A stretch of DNA of 63,778 bases, filler included, from Guillardia theta CCMP2712 (GCF_000315625.1; 6 parts of 6 records of this genome joined end to end with filler, not necessarily neighbours in it), one strand, 5' to 3'; shown: positions 25,513-37,300, numbered from the whole stretch's first letter. Program-made: numbers and translations. Notes: generated by a model from the letters alone, not told the origin.

Positions 25513-25944
25513 GTTAGACTGATTGCAATGCTGGAGGATAGAGACATGATAAAGTTACATCATGCGACGAAGGAGAGAGGACATACCAGCATGTGGATTT
25601 TGCCAGCAGGAAATCGTACCCTGATCCATAGGCGACAGGTAACTTGCCTCGGCAAGCAATTGTTACAGTGGAGCAGGGCGAATACTGAGATCAGATGAAA
25701 ACAATGCAAGCACATCCTTCCTTTGATGGATAAGGGAGCTGAGTTGACTGGAGAGGAAAGGTGTCGAATCAGCCAAGTTCGACGCCAAGGAATACATCGG
25801 CATAGGATCTGATAGAGAGAGGGGTTGTGTAGAACGCGGCAAGTACACCCTGAAGGACTGTGCCTGACTCGGTTCTGATGATTGAGAAGGCTTCAGGAAG
25901 TTCTTCCTTGGATCGACTCAGTTGTTCAAGTCGCGTTAAAGCTT

Positions 25945-26310
25945 GCAAGGCGGCTTCGGCCGGCCGCTGTTCCGGAACCCGGGGGCCCGGCCTGAGTTCA
26001 AACGGTTGTCAAACTGTGACCCGCCGGCGGCTCCGCCGGGGCCTGAGCCTGCCAGCCCGGGTTCCGGCGAACTGTTCCGGACTCGGGATCCAGGCCAGGC
26101 TGGCCGGCCGCCGGCGGGCCGTCGGAGTCGCCGGGCCCTGAGGAGGCCGCTCGCCGTGACCGTACCGTGCGGCAGTGTCCGATCCGGGCCGGGCCCGGAC
26201 CTCCGAAAGTGACTTTGTTGATTGGAAATTGATGATTGCCCCTTCAGGCTTATCACTGAGTCAGTCCGACCGTGACTCGCCGGAGGAGTCCGGTGGCAAC
26301 CGTGAACTTT
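25945..26310. other. CCGG-rich GC island
   Basis: Same word set as the other islands; followed by a TACCC tract (26390-26680). Confidence 0.6.
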
Positions 26311-26724
26311 GAGGCGGTGCCAATTTGACGTGAAGTTCGTCGATTATTTGTCTACTGGCCGTGGGTCCATTTTAGTGATGACTCCGTGCCATGACCCTAC
26401 CCCGTTCAAGTCCGCAACTGAGCTGTTTGTCTCAAGCTAGAGCCCTGATCCATGGACCTCTCTCCGGCTACCCCATTTGATATCAGTACTCCACTTATAA
26501 TATCGGATCCTTCCAATGGGCTCAATTCAGCTCCCGTCAGTTCTGAACTCCTTCATTGCCCCCACCCCCCTGGAGAAGTTAACTTTTCCCGTACCCCACC
26601 CACCTGAAAAAGCAAACCTTTCATCAGTGTCCCCTAGAAGAACCCCTCCTATCTACTGTCATCCACCCCCACCTTACAGATATATTTATACACAGTCAGC
26701 CTGACTGACCTCTATCGCACTGCA

Positions 26725-28457
26725 ATGCCGTGGAACTGCAAAACTTGCCAGGCAAGGGAGAACTGAGCTGCGATGAGATGCTTGCTAGCTCCCTGCTTCT
26801 TCTCTCAGACCTTCTGACGTGAGATGCTTCAGATCATCGTCGATCCTTGCACCTCTGACAACACGAAATGCGTAAGCTTGCCGAATTCGTCTTGTTTGGC
26901 ATGTGACATATGTTTTGTTTCGCGATGATATGATTCACCATGGTTCTTTCTCGCAAGGCGGTGAGAATCAGTGCATTGGGATATTGTGCAGACAGGGAAG
27001 AATCAGACTGACATGCATCTTTGCAATTTGATCGCTCTTTCGCTCGGATGGATTGTCGATTGGGCTGGATAGGCGGTAAGTGACGCAAATGAAATATGCG
27101 CTCAGAGATCCAGTAGACTGACATGCATTCTTGCACAATCTTATTGCACATTGTTCGGGCGGTATCTGGTCTGGACAGCCAGTAAGTTGCATATGATACA
27201 ATGCGCTCAGGGAACGGTCAGGCTGACATGGATTTTGTGTTTTCGATGGGCTATTGCTGGGATGGACTGTGGATGCTGGTGGATAGCTTGTAAGTAACGA
27301 ATGATGCTGATGACGCGGTCAGGGAACGAGTAGACTGACATGGTTTCGTGATTTTTATGGGTCATTCCTCGGATGCTACGTGGAGGATGCTAAATAGACT
27401 GTGAGTGACGCACAGGAAATGTTGGGGAACGATTGGCTGACAAATCATCTAGACTTTCGGTATGCATCCTGACCAGTACCATGACAACTGCCAGTGGTGT
27501 GGAAAACCGAAAGAAGATCACATTGGTGAAAGAAGTTTTGCCCGGTGAAGCCCATCATTTCCTCAGGGAACGATTGGCTGACGAACAGTCTAGACTTGGG
27601 AACTGGATAACGATGGCATCTGCAAACGGTGTGGAATACCCGAGGAAGATCACATTGGTGATAAGACGTTTTGCCCGGTGAAGCCCATCATTCCCTTAGA
27701 GATCGGTTAGACTGACGTGCATCTTTGCAATTTGATCGCTCTTTCGCTCGGATGGATTGTCGATTGGGCTGGATAGGCGGTAAGTGACGCAAATGAAATA
27801 TGCGCTCAGAGATCCAGTAGACTGACATGCATTCTTGCACAATCTTATTGCACATTGTTCGGGCGGTATCTGGTCTGGACAGCCAGTAAGTTGCATATGA
27901 TACAATGCGCTCAGGGAACGGTCAGGCTGACATGGATTTTGTGTTTTCGATGGGCTATTGCTGGGATGGACTGTGGATGCTGGTGGATAGCTTGTAAGTA
28001 ACGAATGATGCTGATGACGCGGTCAGGGAACGAGTAGACTGACATGGTTTCGTGATTTTTATGGGTCATTCCTCGGATGCTACGTGGAGGANNNNNNNNN
28101 NNNNNNNNNNNNNNNNNNNNNNNNNNNNNNNNNNNNNNNNNNNNNNNNNNNNNNNNNNNNNNNNNNNNNNNNNNNNNNNNNNNNNNNNNNNCAGGAAATG
28201 TTGGGGAACGATTGGCTGACAAATCATCTAGACTTTCGGTATGCATCCTGACCAGTACCATGACAACTGCCAGTGGTGTGGAAAACCGAAAGAAGATCAC
28301 ATTGGTGAAAAGAAGTTTTGCCCGGTGAAGCCCATCATTTCCTCAGGGAACGATTGGCTGACGAACAGTCTAGACTTGGGAACTGGATAACGATGGCATC
28401 TGCAAACGGTGTGGAATACCCGAGGAAGATCACATTGGTGATAAGACGTTTTGCCCG
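26725..28457 (+). CDS. Putative (possibly pseudo-)gene with repeated CxxC-x6-H-x6-CP zinc-finger micro-exons
   Basis: TATA-like sequence at ~26680; ATG at 26725 (MPWNCKTC). AG/GT-bounded exons: 27453-27544 and 28232-28324 (TFGMHPDQYHDNCQWCGKPKEDHIGEKKFCP; first copy 1 nt short); 27594-27677 and 28374-28457 (TWELDNDGICKRCGIPEEDHIGDKTFCP). Confidence 0.55.
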
Positions 28458-29160
28458 GTGAAGCCCATCATTCCCTTAGAGATCGGTTAGACTGACGTGC
28501 ATCTTTGCAATTTGATCGCTCTTTCGCTCGGATGGATTGTCGATTGGGCTGGATAGGCGGTAAGTGACGCAAATGAAATATGCGCTCAGAGATCCAGTAG
28601 ACTGACATGTATTCTTGCACAATCTTATTGCATATTGTTCGGGCGGTATCTGGTCTGGACAGCCAGTAAGTTGCATATGATACAATGCGCTCAGGGAACG
28701 GTCAGGCTGACATGGATTTTGTGTTTTCGATGGGCTATTGCTGGGATGGACTGTGGATGCTGGTGGATAGCATGTAAGTAACGAATGATGCTGATGACGC
28801 GGTCAGGGAACGAGTAGACTGACATGCATGTTGCAAATCGTATCGATGATTCCTCGGATGCTACGTGGATGATGCTTGATAGTGGGTAAGTGACGCTTAC
28901 GAAACATGCTGTGCTTAGGGAGTGATTGGCTGACATGTATTTTTCTATTTTCATCGCTTAATGTTCGAATGGATGGAATGGGTCTGCATAGACGGTAAGT
29001 AACGATTATGAAATGTTCGCTCAGAGAACGATTGACTGACACTTCATCTTGCAATCTCTTGTGTTTCTGCTTGAATGGTCTGGGATAGTTTGTAAGTAAC
29101 GAATGCAATTGATGCGGCACAAAGATGATTTGTACTGACATGTTTTCTTGTCTCCCTTTC
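26960..29160 (+). repeat. Hierarchical tandem array: ~105-135-bp intron-like subunits inside ~705-bp higher-order repeats (~2.5 copies)
   Basis: Subunit consensus GTRAGT...CAGGGAACGA(T/G)TRGRCTGAC. Higher-order units start near 27006, 27710 and 28490. Confidence 0.9.
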
Positions 29161-30019
29161 CGATGGCCGTGACTTACATCGTCAGTGCTGTGTAAGCATT
29201 GCATGATTACTCAGTGTCTATGATGTTCTTCTGACCTTGTGTTGTTGCATGTTCTGGTGAAAACAACCAATGCAGAATGTAAGTTGTACAGATCGCGAGA
29301 GATCATCGTAGACCTGTCGCTGGATGTGATGATTGACTTCAGTTCTCAGTGTGCCAAGTCTGTAGGTTGGGGGTATTACGACAAGGTGCTTCATTGTACT
29401 TGTGATGAGTAACTTGACGGATGGTGTCGGTAGTACGGATGCAGCCATTGCAAGTCCGAATGAAGGAGCAGCTGGAGACGAAGGAGAGGGAGAATCACAA
29501 CACACTCGTCAGAGAGTGCAGCACTACCTTGATTGGGTCACTCGTAGCCAGCGATGTGCTCTGTACTCCTACAACTGTAGGATATGCTGTGTTTCTTATA
29601 TACAACTCCGCGCAGTAAGATTGTGACCCGTGTCACACGGTTCAAGGAATGGATAGAGTGCACAAGGCTTTATACACTCTCACAACAACAACACAGAGGC
29701 TACTAACAGCTTTTCATCTTCAAGCTGTCTTGCACATATAATGTCCTTCTACCTCAGTCCACGAGGACTTTGCGCAGTGGGAGAAAAAGGAAAGGGACGA
29801 GCGGGAGCGGCAAAGATGAGCAGGAACGTGTGTTTGATAATCCATCGCAGGAAAGTATTGACTCACGGTACTGCTCAAGCCTTCAACCGGTTTCCTTGCC
29901 CTTGAGCCACTGAGCGAGCAAAACAAACGCCAGCTGACTGGATTTAATGATTGCTGAAACTGAACCTCAAGTGAAACTTCGGCGCCGCTGATGCTAGCAA
30001 TCCCTCGGTACTGAGCTAG

Positions 30020-30385
30020 TTCACCGGGGCGGGCCGGGTTGGTTGCCCGACGGTGACGGTTCACTGTTGAACATCATCACCGTTCCGTGGCCCGGCGGCG
30101 GCGGCGCCGGGCGGGCGCCGGGCCGGGCCGCCCGACGGGCAGCCGCGGGACTGACCCCTGGGGGGCGGGTTGCCCGGCCACCTGACCGGAAAGTTAACTA
30201 AGCCGAGTCACGTTAAGTTATACTACAGTTGAAACAGTGAAAGATAGCCACTCGCGACACGACTCCCGGGACTCCGGGTGAGGTGTGACTGGCAGTCCGC
30301 GGCCAGGCCCACTGTACAGTCCGACTCATCCGGGCCGCGCCGCCGCCTTCACGCTGCCAGGCTGGTCGGGCCGATTCCCGCCGTA
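30020..30385. other. CCGG-rich GC island directly upstream of tRNA-Ile
   Basis: Composition and word set as for the other islands. Confidence 0.6.
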
Positions 30386-30423
30386 TAGCTTGTATATAAA
30401 GGCTGTATTCGTAAGTGCAGCAA

Positions 30424-30496
30424 GCTCTCATAGCGCAGTTGGTAGCGCGTCGCTCTGATAAGGCGAAGGTCATCGGTTCGAGCCCGGTTGAGAGCA
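30424..30496 (+). tRNA. trnI: tRNA-Ile(GAT)
   Basis: GCTCTCATAGCGCAGTTGGTAGCGCG-TCGCT-CT-GAT-AA-GGCGA-AGGTCATCGGTTCGAGCCCGGTTGAGAGCA. TATATAAA at ~30393; T-runs at ~30511 and ~30531. Confidence 0.92.
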
Positions 30497-30629
30497 CGCG
30501 GAGCTTAATCTTTTTGTCGGTCCACCCTTCTTTTTTTGCGTAATCCAGATTATGTGCCAATTTGTATCCTGTTCTCTTGTTGAAATTTGAAATTTTGGCC
30601 GTATCCTTGGAACCAGGTAAAAACATCGG

Positions 30630-31680
30630 TGGGAAACTAGCGGACCTCGGGGGGGTGGGGTGGAATGGTTTGTGGCAAAGGGTGGCCGATTCCGTCAAAG
30701 GGTGGGTATTTGTAGGAAATATGGGGGGTACTTTAGTGGGATCCATTTTTATTAATTTTTTTTTGCTCACGATTTGTAACATGACGGGTGCTTGGTCTTA
30801 CTACCCTTGAGGGGGTAGTCATGGGGTCAGAACCTACCCCAATACCCCATCGTTCTTGAGAGTTACACCCACCACGGGTACTCAAAACCAGATATTGGAG
30901 GGGTGATAATGAACAGAAACTGTCATATGGAAGGTCATCGAAGGGGTGGGGTAGGTCAAGGGCTCCTAGAGACTTCCACAGCAGGTTAAAAGTAATATAA
31001 CACGGTTATAATTGTTTTGTTTTCGTTCCCCACCTCACCCAGCCCCCAACTCACCACCCCCTCCACCTAAGTACCCCCCCCCTTCCCCCAAATTTCACCC
31101 CCTTCCCCCCCTTCTCCTTCACACGAGTATGTTTAAAAGCTGTTTTTTCCCACCCCTATGGCCTTCAGTATAAGTACCTACCCTACCCCCTCTACCACAT
31201 GATTTTCACTACTGTCTACTACCCCTCGATTTCCCTTTAACACCCTTGAAAACTCCGTAGGCTCTACTGCAAAGAGACTAACTACCCACCCCATAAGACC
31301 GATTCCCACCCCCTACATACTCTTGAACAGGTGAAGAAGATATTCTTTACCACCGGTCTTTTCTATAGCATTTCCACCAGGTTTGGACCCCATCTTCAAC
31401 CATGTCACTACCCCTACCTACTATTTTAACTTCCCACCTACCTGACGTTGAAATTTAGTACCCCACCCCCCCGGAGTGCCGGAGCACGTACCGCGAGCAG
31501 TGATCAGTTCGTCACGGTTTAACCCCACCCTCAGGTGACCTTTTTGATCCGACGTGACCACCCCTTCTTTCATGGCTTTCTACCCCACTGGACTGCACAA
31601 GTGTGACTACCCCTACCCTGAATATGACTTAGAAAGGGACCCTAACCCCCACTTGTGACTGTTCTACTACCCCTCGATCC
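30630..31680. promoter_or_regulatory. Long TACCC/GGGTA-rich tract upstream of the RelA/SpoT-like gene
   Basis: Many TACCC/GGGTA/CACCC copies. Function inferred from position. Confidence 0.45.
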
Positions 31681-32157
31681 TCCTCCTCCTCCTCCTCCTC
31701 CTCCTCCTCCTCTCCTCCTCCTCCTCCTCTGCCATATCTGGTGTTTTTATCATCATCCCATCCTTTTAATCTTATATTCCTCTTCTTGTAATTTCCTCCT
31801 GTTCCTCGTCCCCACATTTCACTTCCTTTGTCTGCACCTTCCCATCCGCTCCCCCGCTCTGATTCCCCGCCCTTGTTGCTCGCATCCTTGCGACGTGTAC
31901 TCGTCTCTCCACTCAATCCAACTTCCTATATACCAACCGCCTTGCCCTTCCGTCCCACTGATCAAAGCTTGAGCACAGAGTGGATTAACTGTTCCAGCAA
32001 CTTGGTAGGACCCCGGTTGGCTTAGACCCATCAGCTAATACCCTTCTCGACATCAGTCTGCAGTTCCATTCTTGAGAAGGAATCTTGAGCGCTCCAGCGT
32101 CTCTTCCTACAGAGTGAACGTTGTGTGATGTACAGACTTGGTTAACAAGTGTCGCAC

Positions 32158-34089
32158 ATGATCGATCTCGACTTGGATCCTCGGGTAGGGTTACAGCAGA
32201 CCATGGATTCTGGCTGCTTCAGCGTCGAGCATGACACGTCCAAGTGCTCGAGGGACTGTGAAGATATATTGGACTGGTACAAGCGGCTGGTGGACCAGGA
32301 GTGCACCCTCGACTCTAGGCTTCTTGGGTTCAGAGAAGGCTTCCACAGGGTTCCCGACACCAGCGTGTTCTTCTGCTCTAGATCAGGCCTTGCGGCTCTC
32401 AGTCGAAGGCTCTTTCAGTTCATTCTGATCATCTTCGCTGCCATGACAGGGCACAATCTGCTGAATCTCGTCAAGCGCATGTCTAACGGAGAGCTGCAGA
32501 CGTATCGACATTACAACTTTACAGTGATCGAGTGCAGGAGCCGTGCGTTGGACCCCGAGTTTCTCCCTCACATCTCAAGTTTTGGTATGTTGCGCGATGG
32601 CAAGGACAGGAGATTTGCCTCTGTGAAGAAGGAGGTAGTGTCTGAGATGTATGTGAGAAACGGGAGCATGATCGTTTCCTACCTGGAGGCCGTCGACACT
32701 AACGGCTTCTATTTTGTCACCTCGACCTCAGACCCCGAATGGGACCCGGTTCGTTTCATGGTGTACGGATCTAACGATCTGGTGAGCTGGAAGCATATCG
32801 GCTCATCAAGTTGGCACTTCAATATCTTCGATTTCTCCTTCACCCTGCACAACGGTCACTTCGACACCGCCATGGAGCGATCGAGAGTGCACACCTTTGA
32901 TATGAGGACTCCACAGCCCGAGGCCTTCCTGTTGGTGACGATCTGCGTCATCAAGACGTTAGGGTTGTGCATGGCGGCTCTGTTCGGAATGATGAACAAG
33001 GAGATCATAGGGAAGTACGCGCTGGTGTGCGCTTTTGGCATCAACACTGTCTTGAACCTGGCCTGCGCATACTTAGACCAGGAGAACAGGATCATGCTAG
33101 TCATGTCAACCTTGTTCTGTGCGGCGCATATGATCATCTGGACAGCGGAACGTAGGCTGATTGAGTCATACGGGATTCTGTTCGGCTTGGGAGCCGCATA
33201 CGGCCTGGTGACGGGGGGGCCGAACCAGTCGGTGGACATGGAGCAGATTTTCATCGGTCTCATCTTGATCATCGTCATCTACGCTAACCGCTACCGCATT
33301 ATCTCTGGGAGCAGACGGCTGGTGCACAACGACAGGTGGAGGTACGACATGGCGTGGAAGTCCCTGCTGGACGATGCGGAAGAATCGCAGCACCTGAGTG
33401 AGCTAGCCGGCCTTGTCAGCAAGATCGAGCTTACCTGCCCTTCCGGCATAGTAAGGCATACCTCCATCAACTCACGAGAAGGAGGGGAGGAGTCTTACGT
33501 GCCCGTCAAGTCGCTGGATCAGCTCTACGTGCAGGCTGTGTGCATGGACCACATCCTCCGCGCCAAGTCTCAGGCATGGGCGAACTCGTCGGAGGGTTAC
33601 TTCCCGTCCATGGACAGCTCGGCGTCGGAGGGGAAGGGCAAGTCTTACATCTCCTGGAGGGAGTGCGCGAGCTCTGGCAACGAGCAGACGCAAGTGAAGT
33701 GGGCGAGGTTGAAGAGTGTGTCGAGGGCGATCGAGAAGATCGGGCGCTGCTACGGGGGGGAGGTGTCGTACCTACTGGACATCTGCCGGCAGGCAATCAT
33801 CTTCGACAACACAAGCAGCCTCATCAAGTGCCTTGCTGCGATCCACTCGGACCCCGACACGACCGTCCTGCGTGTGAAGAACAGGCTCGACCTGCTCTAC
33901 GACGCGAGCATCAGTGCTGGTTATCGTGACGTGCTCGTCAACCTCACGATCCGGACAGACGAGACGTTCGACTTGGGGATCGCAGGGCTCGTCTGTGAGG
34001 TGCAGCTGAGGCTGAAGCGCTTCGATGAGCTCAGCAGCGACGAGGGGCACAAGCGGTATGTCATCTGGAGAAACATGCGCGCACAGTAG
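32158..34089 (+). CDS. Multi-pass membrane protein with discoidin/F5-8C-like domain and C-terminal RelA/SpoT-type nucleotidyltransferase domain
   Basis: Uninterrupted ORF. One TM (LFQFILIIFAAM); NGFYFVTS..DPVRFMVYGSNDLVSW; about 5 TM helices; then RLKSVSRAIEK, LLDICR, RVKNR, GYRDVLVN, CEVQL, GHKRY. Confidence 0.85.
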   Translation: MIDLDLDPRVGLQQTMDSGCFSVEHDTSKCSRDCEDILDWYKRLVDQECTLDSRLLGFREGFHRVPDTSVFFCSRSGLAALSRRLFQFILIIFAAMTGHNLLNLVKRMSNGELQTYRHYNFTVIECRSRALDPEFLPHISSFGMLRDGKDRRFASVKKEVVSEMYVRNGSMIVSYLEAVDTNGFYFVTSTSDPEWDPVRFMVYGSNDLVSWKHIGSSSWHFNIFDFSFTLHNGHFDTAMERSRVHTFDMRTPQPEAFLLVTICVIKTLGLCMAALFGMMNKEIIGKYALVCAFGINTVLNLACAYLDQENRIMLVMSTLFCAAHMIIWTAERRLIESYGILFGLGAAYGLVTGGPNQSVDMEQIFIGLILIIVIYANRYRIISGSRRLVHNDRWRYDMAWKSLLDDAEESQHLSELAGLVSKIELTCPSGIVRHTSINSREGGEESYVPVKSLDQLYVQAVCMDHILRAKSQAWANSSEGYFPSMDSSASEGKGKSYISWRECASSGNEQTQVKWARLKSVSRAIEKIGRCYGGEVSYLLDICRQAIIFDNTSSLIKCLAAIHSDPDTTVLRVKNRLDLLYDASISAGYRDVLVNLTIRTDETFDLGIAGLVCEVQLRLKRFDELSSDEGHKRYVIWRNMRAQ

Positions 34090-34339
34090 GTGGGAGGGGA
34101 GGAGGTGGAGGATAGCGATAAGATGGAAGGAGGTGGGAGACGATAATTAAGATGGAAGGAGGTGGGAGAGCCGATGGAAAGATTTATAACATTCAGGAGA
34201 AATATTACTGTGCGTCCTCTTGCAACTTTTTCTCTCGTTTCTCCTTCCCTCCTCCTGCCTTGTATCCCTTCTCCTCTTCATCAACCCTCCCCTCCCGTTC
34301 TCCCTCCCTCGTCTCTCTTCCTCCCTTCTCAATCCCTAT

Positions 34340-37300
34340 CACAAGAATTCGATGTCATCCATATTGAACATCGCAGCCTGCGCAATCGTCTCAACGGCAC
34401 TCTTGCTGAGAGAGCACGCAGCACCTGCCCAACGTATGGCTTGCTCCTGTCAGCTTCTTCATGCACATTCCAGACTACCACGTCCTTGATCCTGCATTGC
34501 TTCAAGCTCACGGAGAGGACAGAGGAGAGAGGGGGGAAGAGAAGAGGAGAGTGGAGAGAGGGGGGAAGAGGAGAGGAGAGACGGGAGGGAGGAAAGAGAA
34601 GCGAGAGGAAAGCGTGAGGGATGGGAGACAAAGAAGAAGGGAGGAAAGGACGAGGAGGAGCGGATAAGGAGGAGGAAGATGTGCGTTAGCAGAGGAGGCT
34701 GGAAGGCTTCATTGGTACCTGAACCTTTTTCCCGTCGACGAGATTCGTATGCCCGAGTAGTTGTCGCAGTAGCCCTGCACGCCCAGCCCAAGTCATCCTG
34801 CCGCTGGTGGAAGAGGAGGGAGCGAGGAGGTGATGGAAAGGGAGGAGGCAGAAGAGGAGGAAGAGAGGGAGAAGGAGGAGCAGGAGAGAGCAGGGAGGAG
34901 CAGGAGAGAGCAGGGAGGAGAGGAGGAGGAGAGGAGGAGGAGAGGAGGAGGAGGAGAGGAGGAGGAGGAGGAGGAGACGANNNNNNNNNNNNNNNNNNNN
35001 NNNNNNNNNNNNNNNNNNNNNNNNTTAATTAATTAANNNNNNNNNNNNNNNNNNNNNNNNNNNNNNNNNNNNNNNNNNNNCATCGGGGGCAGGTGTCAGC
35101 TCTGTCGGCAGGGAGGATGGAGGAGGAGACTTCAAGTCCTTCTGCTGCTTTTCTGTTGGACCTCTTGCTGCTCAGGTCCACCGAGGTAGAGGCCGAGGGA
35201 GTGGCTGGGATTGGAGAGGAAGTGGAGAGGATAGAGATGGGCTGCTGCTTGGGAGACTTTGGGTTCACAACCTCCTCCTCCTCCCCCTGCTCCTTTGCCC
35301 TGCTCCTCCTCATCATCATCATCATTCGCTTTCTTCTCCTTGCCCTCCTCCTCCTCCTCCTCCTCCTCCTCCCTCTTGCTCTTGCTCTGTTTCTTTTTCT
35401 TCTTCCAGTGCTTCTTGCCTTTTTGTGGCGATTTCTTTTTGACAGCACCATTTGCTGCTCCTTCTACTTCCCGTTCCCCTGCTGTTTCTGTCGCTCCTGT
35501 AGCTGCAGTTGCTGATTCTGCTGTTTCCGCATCCGCATCCGCATCCGCATCCGCTGCTGCTGCTGATGCTGCTGCACCCTCTCTTTCACCCCGCTTCCCT
35601 CGTCCTTCTTTTCCTCCTCCCCGACTGGTCTCCTCCTCCCCCTCCTCGCGCTTTACTTTCCTCCTGCTCTCCTTCTTCTCCACCTCCTTCTCCTCCCCCT
35701 CGAAGCTCAGCGGCCTCTTCGTTCTCCTGCTCCGCTGCTCGTCCGCTGCCCCCAAACTTTCCCTGCACTTCCCAGGAGAAGCCTGCTGCTGCAGCGTGCA
35801 GTTCCGCTTCTCGTTCCTCCTCACGTTCTCAACTTCAACAACCTTCCTCCTCTCCCCCTCCTTGCTCCTCTTTGCCTCCCTCTCCCTCTCCCTCTGCCGC
35901 AGCCGCTTCGCCTTCTCCTTGATCTCCTTCAGGGTCTTGAACAGCTCCTTCTCAGGTTTGAACTCGCGCGAGTCAGGCAGGTTGTGCCTGGTGCCCTTCG
36001 GCAGCAGCCGGATAGCCGCCATGTCCCACGCCCTTGCTGCCTCCTTCAGCACTGCAAACCTGCCCAGCGTGTACTCCCTGCCATCGATAGCGAGGTACGC
36101 CTCCCACTTATTGATACTGTCCTCCTCTCCCTCCACCATCCTCACTCCCTCGCACCGCTCAGGGTTCAGCTCCACGGGGACGCCATCGTCGTCCGACGAC
36201 GACGGGAAGTCCTCCTCCTGCGCCAACGACTGCCTGCCCGATCGCTTGCTCAGCAGCTTCTTGTAGTTCACAACCCCCCGCTCTCCAGGCACTTGTGTAA
36301 GGCCATGATGACGTCATCGACCGGCGCATGGGTGATGAATGGGCTGATCAGGATCCCCTGCCCCAGGCACAGTCGCACCAGCGCCCGCATCCTCGCCAGG
36401 TCCAGCCCGAAGGAGCCGATGAAATTCCGGTGCGAAAACCCGTCACAAAGGCTCTGCACCTCCTCCAGCTGGCCCAGGGGACGGAGGATCTCGTCCTCGG
36501 AGATCGCCGCCGGGGCCTCCGGGCACTTTGACACGACGGTCAGGTGCTTGCTGGGGATCGGGAGATGATGCACGGTCCTTGCCTTGTTGTCCATCCTGAT
36601 CTGGAACAAGTTCTTGGAGCTGATCCATGCGGTCACCCTGCCAGTAGTCTGTGTCGACCTCTTGGAGTCCAGGGTAACCTTAGCTCCAAGGAGGCTCGCT
36701 GCCGCCTCCGTCCCCTCCTCATCAACACAGCGCAAGGATGAGCTGGCTGGACTGACCTCCTCGCCGTCCTCCTCCCGCTGCTGCGCTTTCACCCGCACCG
36801 CCTCCTCCTTGGAGCTGTACGTCCCCACGAACATCCTCTCTTTCTCCTGTATCTTGACTACCCTCCACTGGCCACGGGGGTACTCCTTGCAAGGTTTCGT
36901 GCAAAGCTCGACCCCCTTCACACGACTTCGGCAGACGTTGCTGGGGACCTGCTGGGAACTTTCAAGCTTCTCCTCCTCAGCACTTGCCTTGCCGTCACTT
37001 TGACGCGCGTCTGACACCTTCCCCTGGCCCTGCTGCAGCTTCGAGTTCCCTGACATGAGCTTCGAGTGCTCGTTGTAAAGCTTGATCCTCTCCAGCACCT
37101 CGTTGGAGGGCTTCGGCGAGATCTTGTCGACTGTCACCCAGTCGTCGCAGCTCTTGCTCCAGCCTTTGTAGTGGACCTTGGCATAGTTCTTGTTCATCTC
37201 CATGATAGTCGCCAACCACTGCTGACCATCCCTTGGGTCCAGGCATAGACATTCATCGTTCTTCCCGAGTCCGGCACTCCCTTGGACCAGCACAGGGTGG

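Noticed and set aside
24879-25698. ORFs of 120-220 aa over the minisatellite
   Set aside because: Translations of a 17-bp repeat in several frames.
26960-29160. CRISPR-like repeat/spacer array
   Set aside because: The repeats are degenerate and carry splice signals, the 'spacers' recur in higher-order units, there are no cas genes, and the context is eukaryotic.
25945-30385. GC islands as terminal inverted repeats of a transposon carrying the array
   Set aside because: They could not be aligned by eye in either orientation; no TSD or transposase seen.
30213-30782. 189-aa minus-strand ORF
   Set aside because: Runs antisense through tRNA-Ile and a GC island; no protein motifs.
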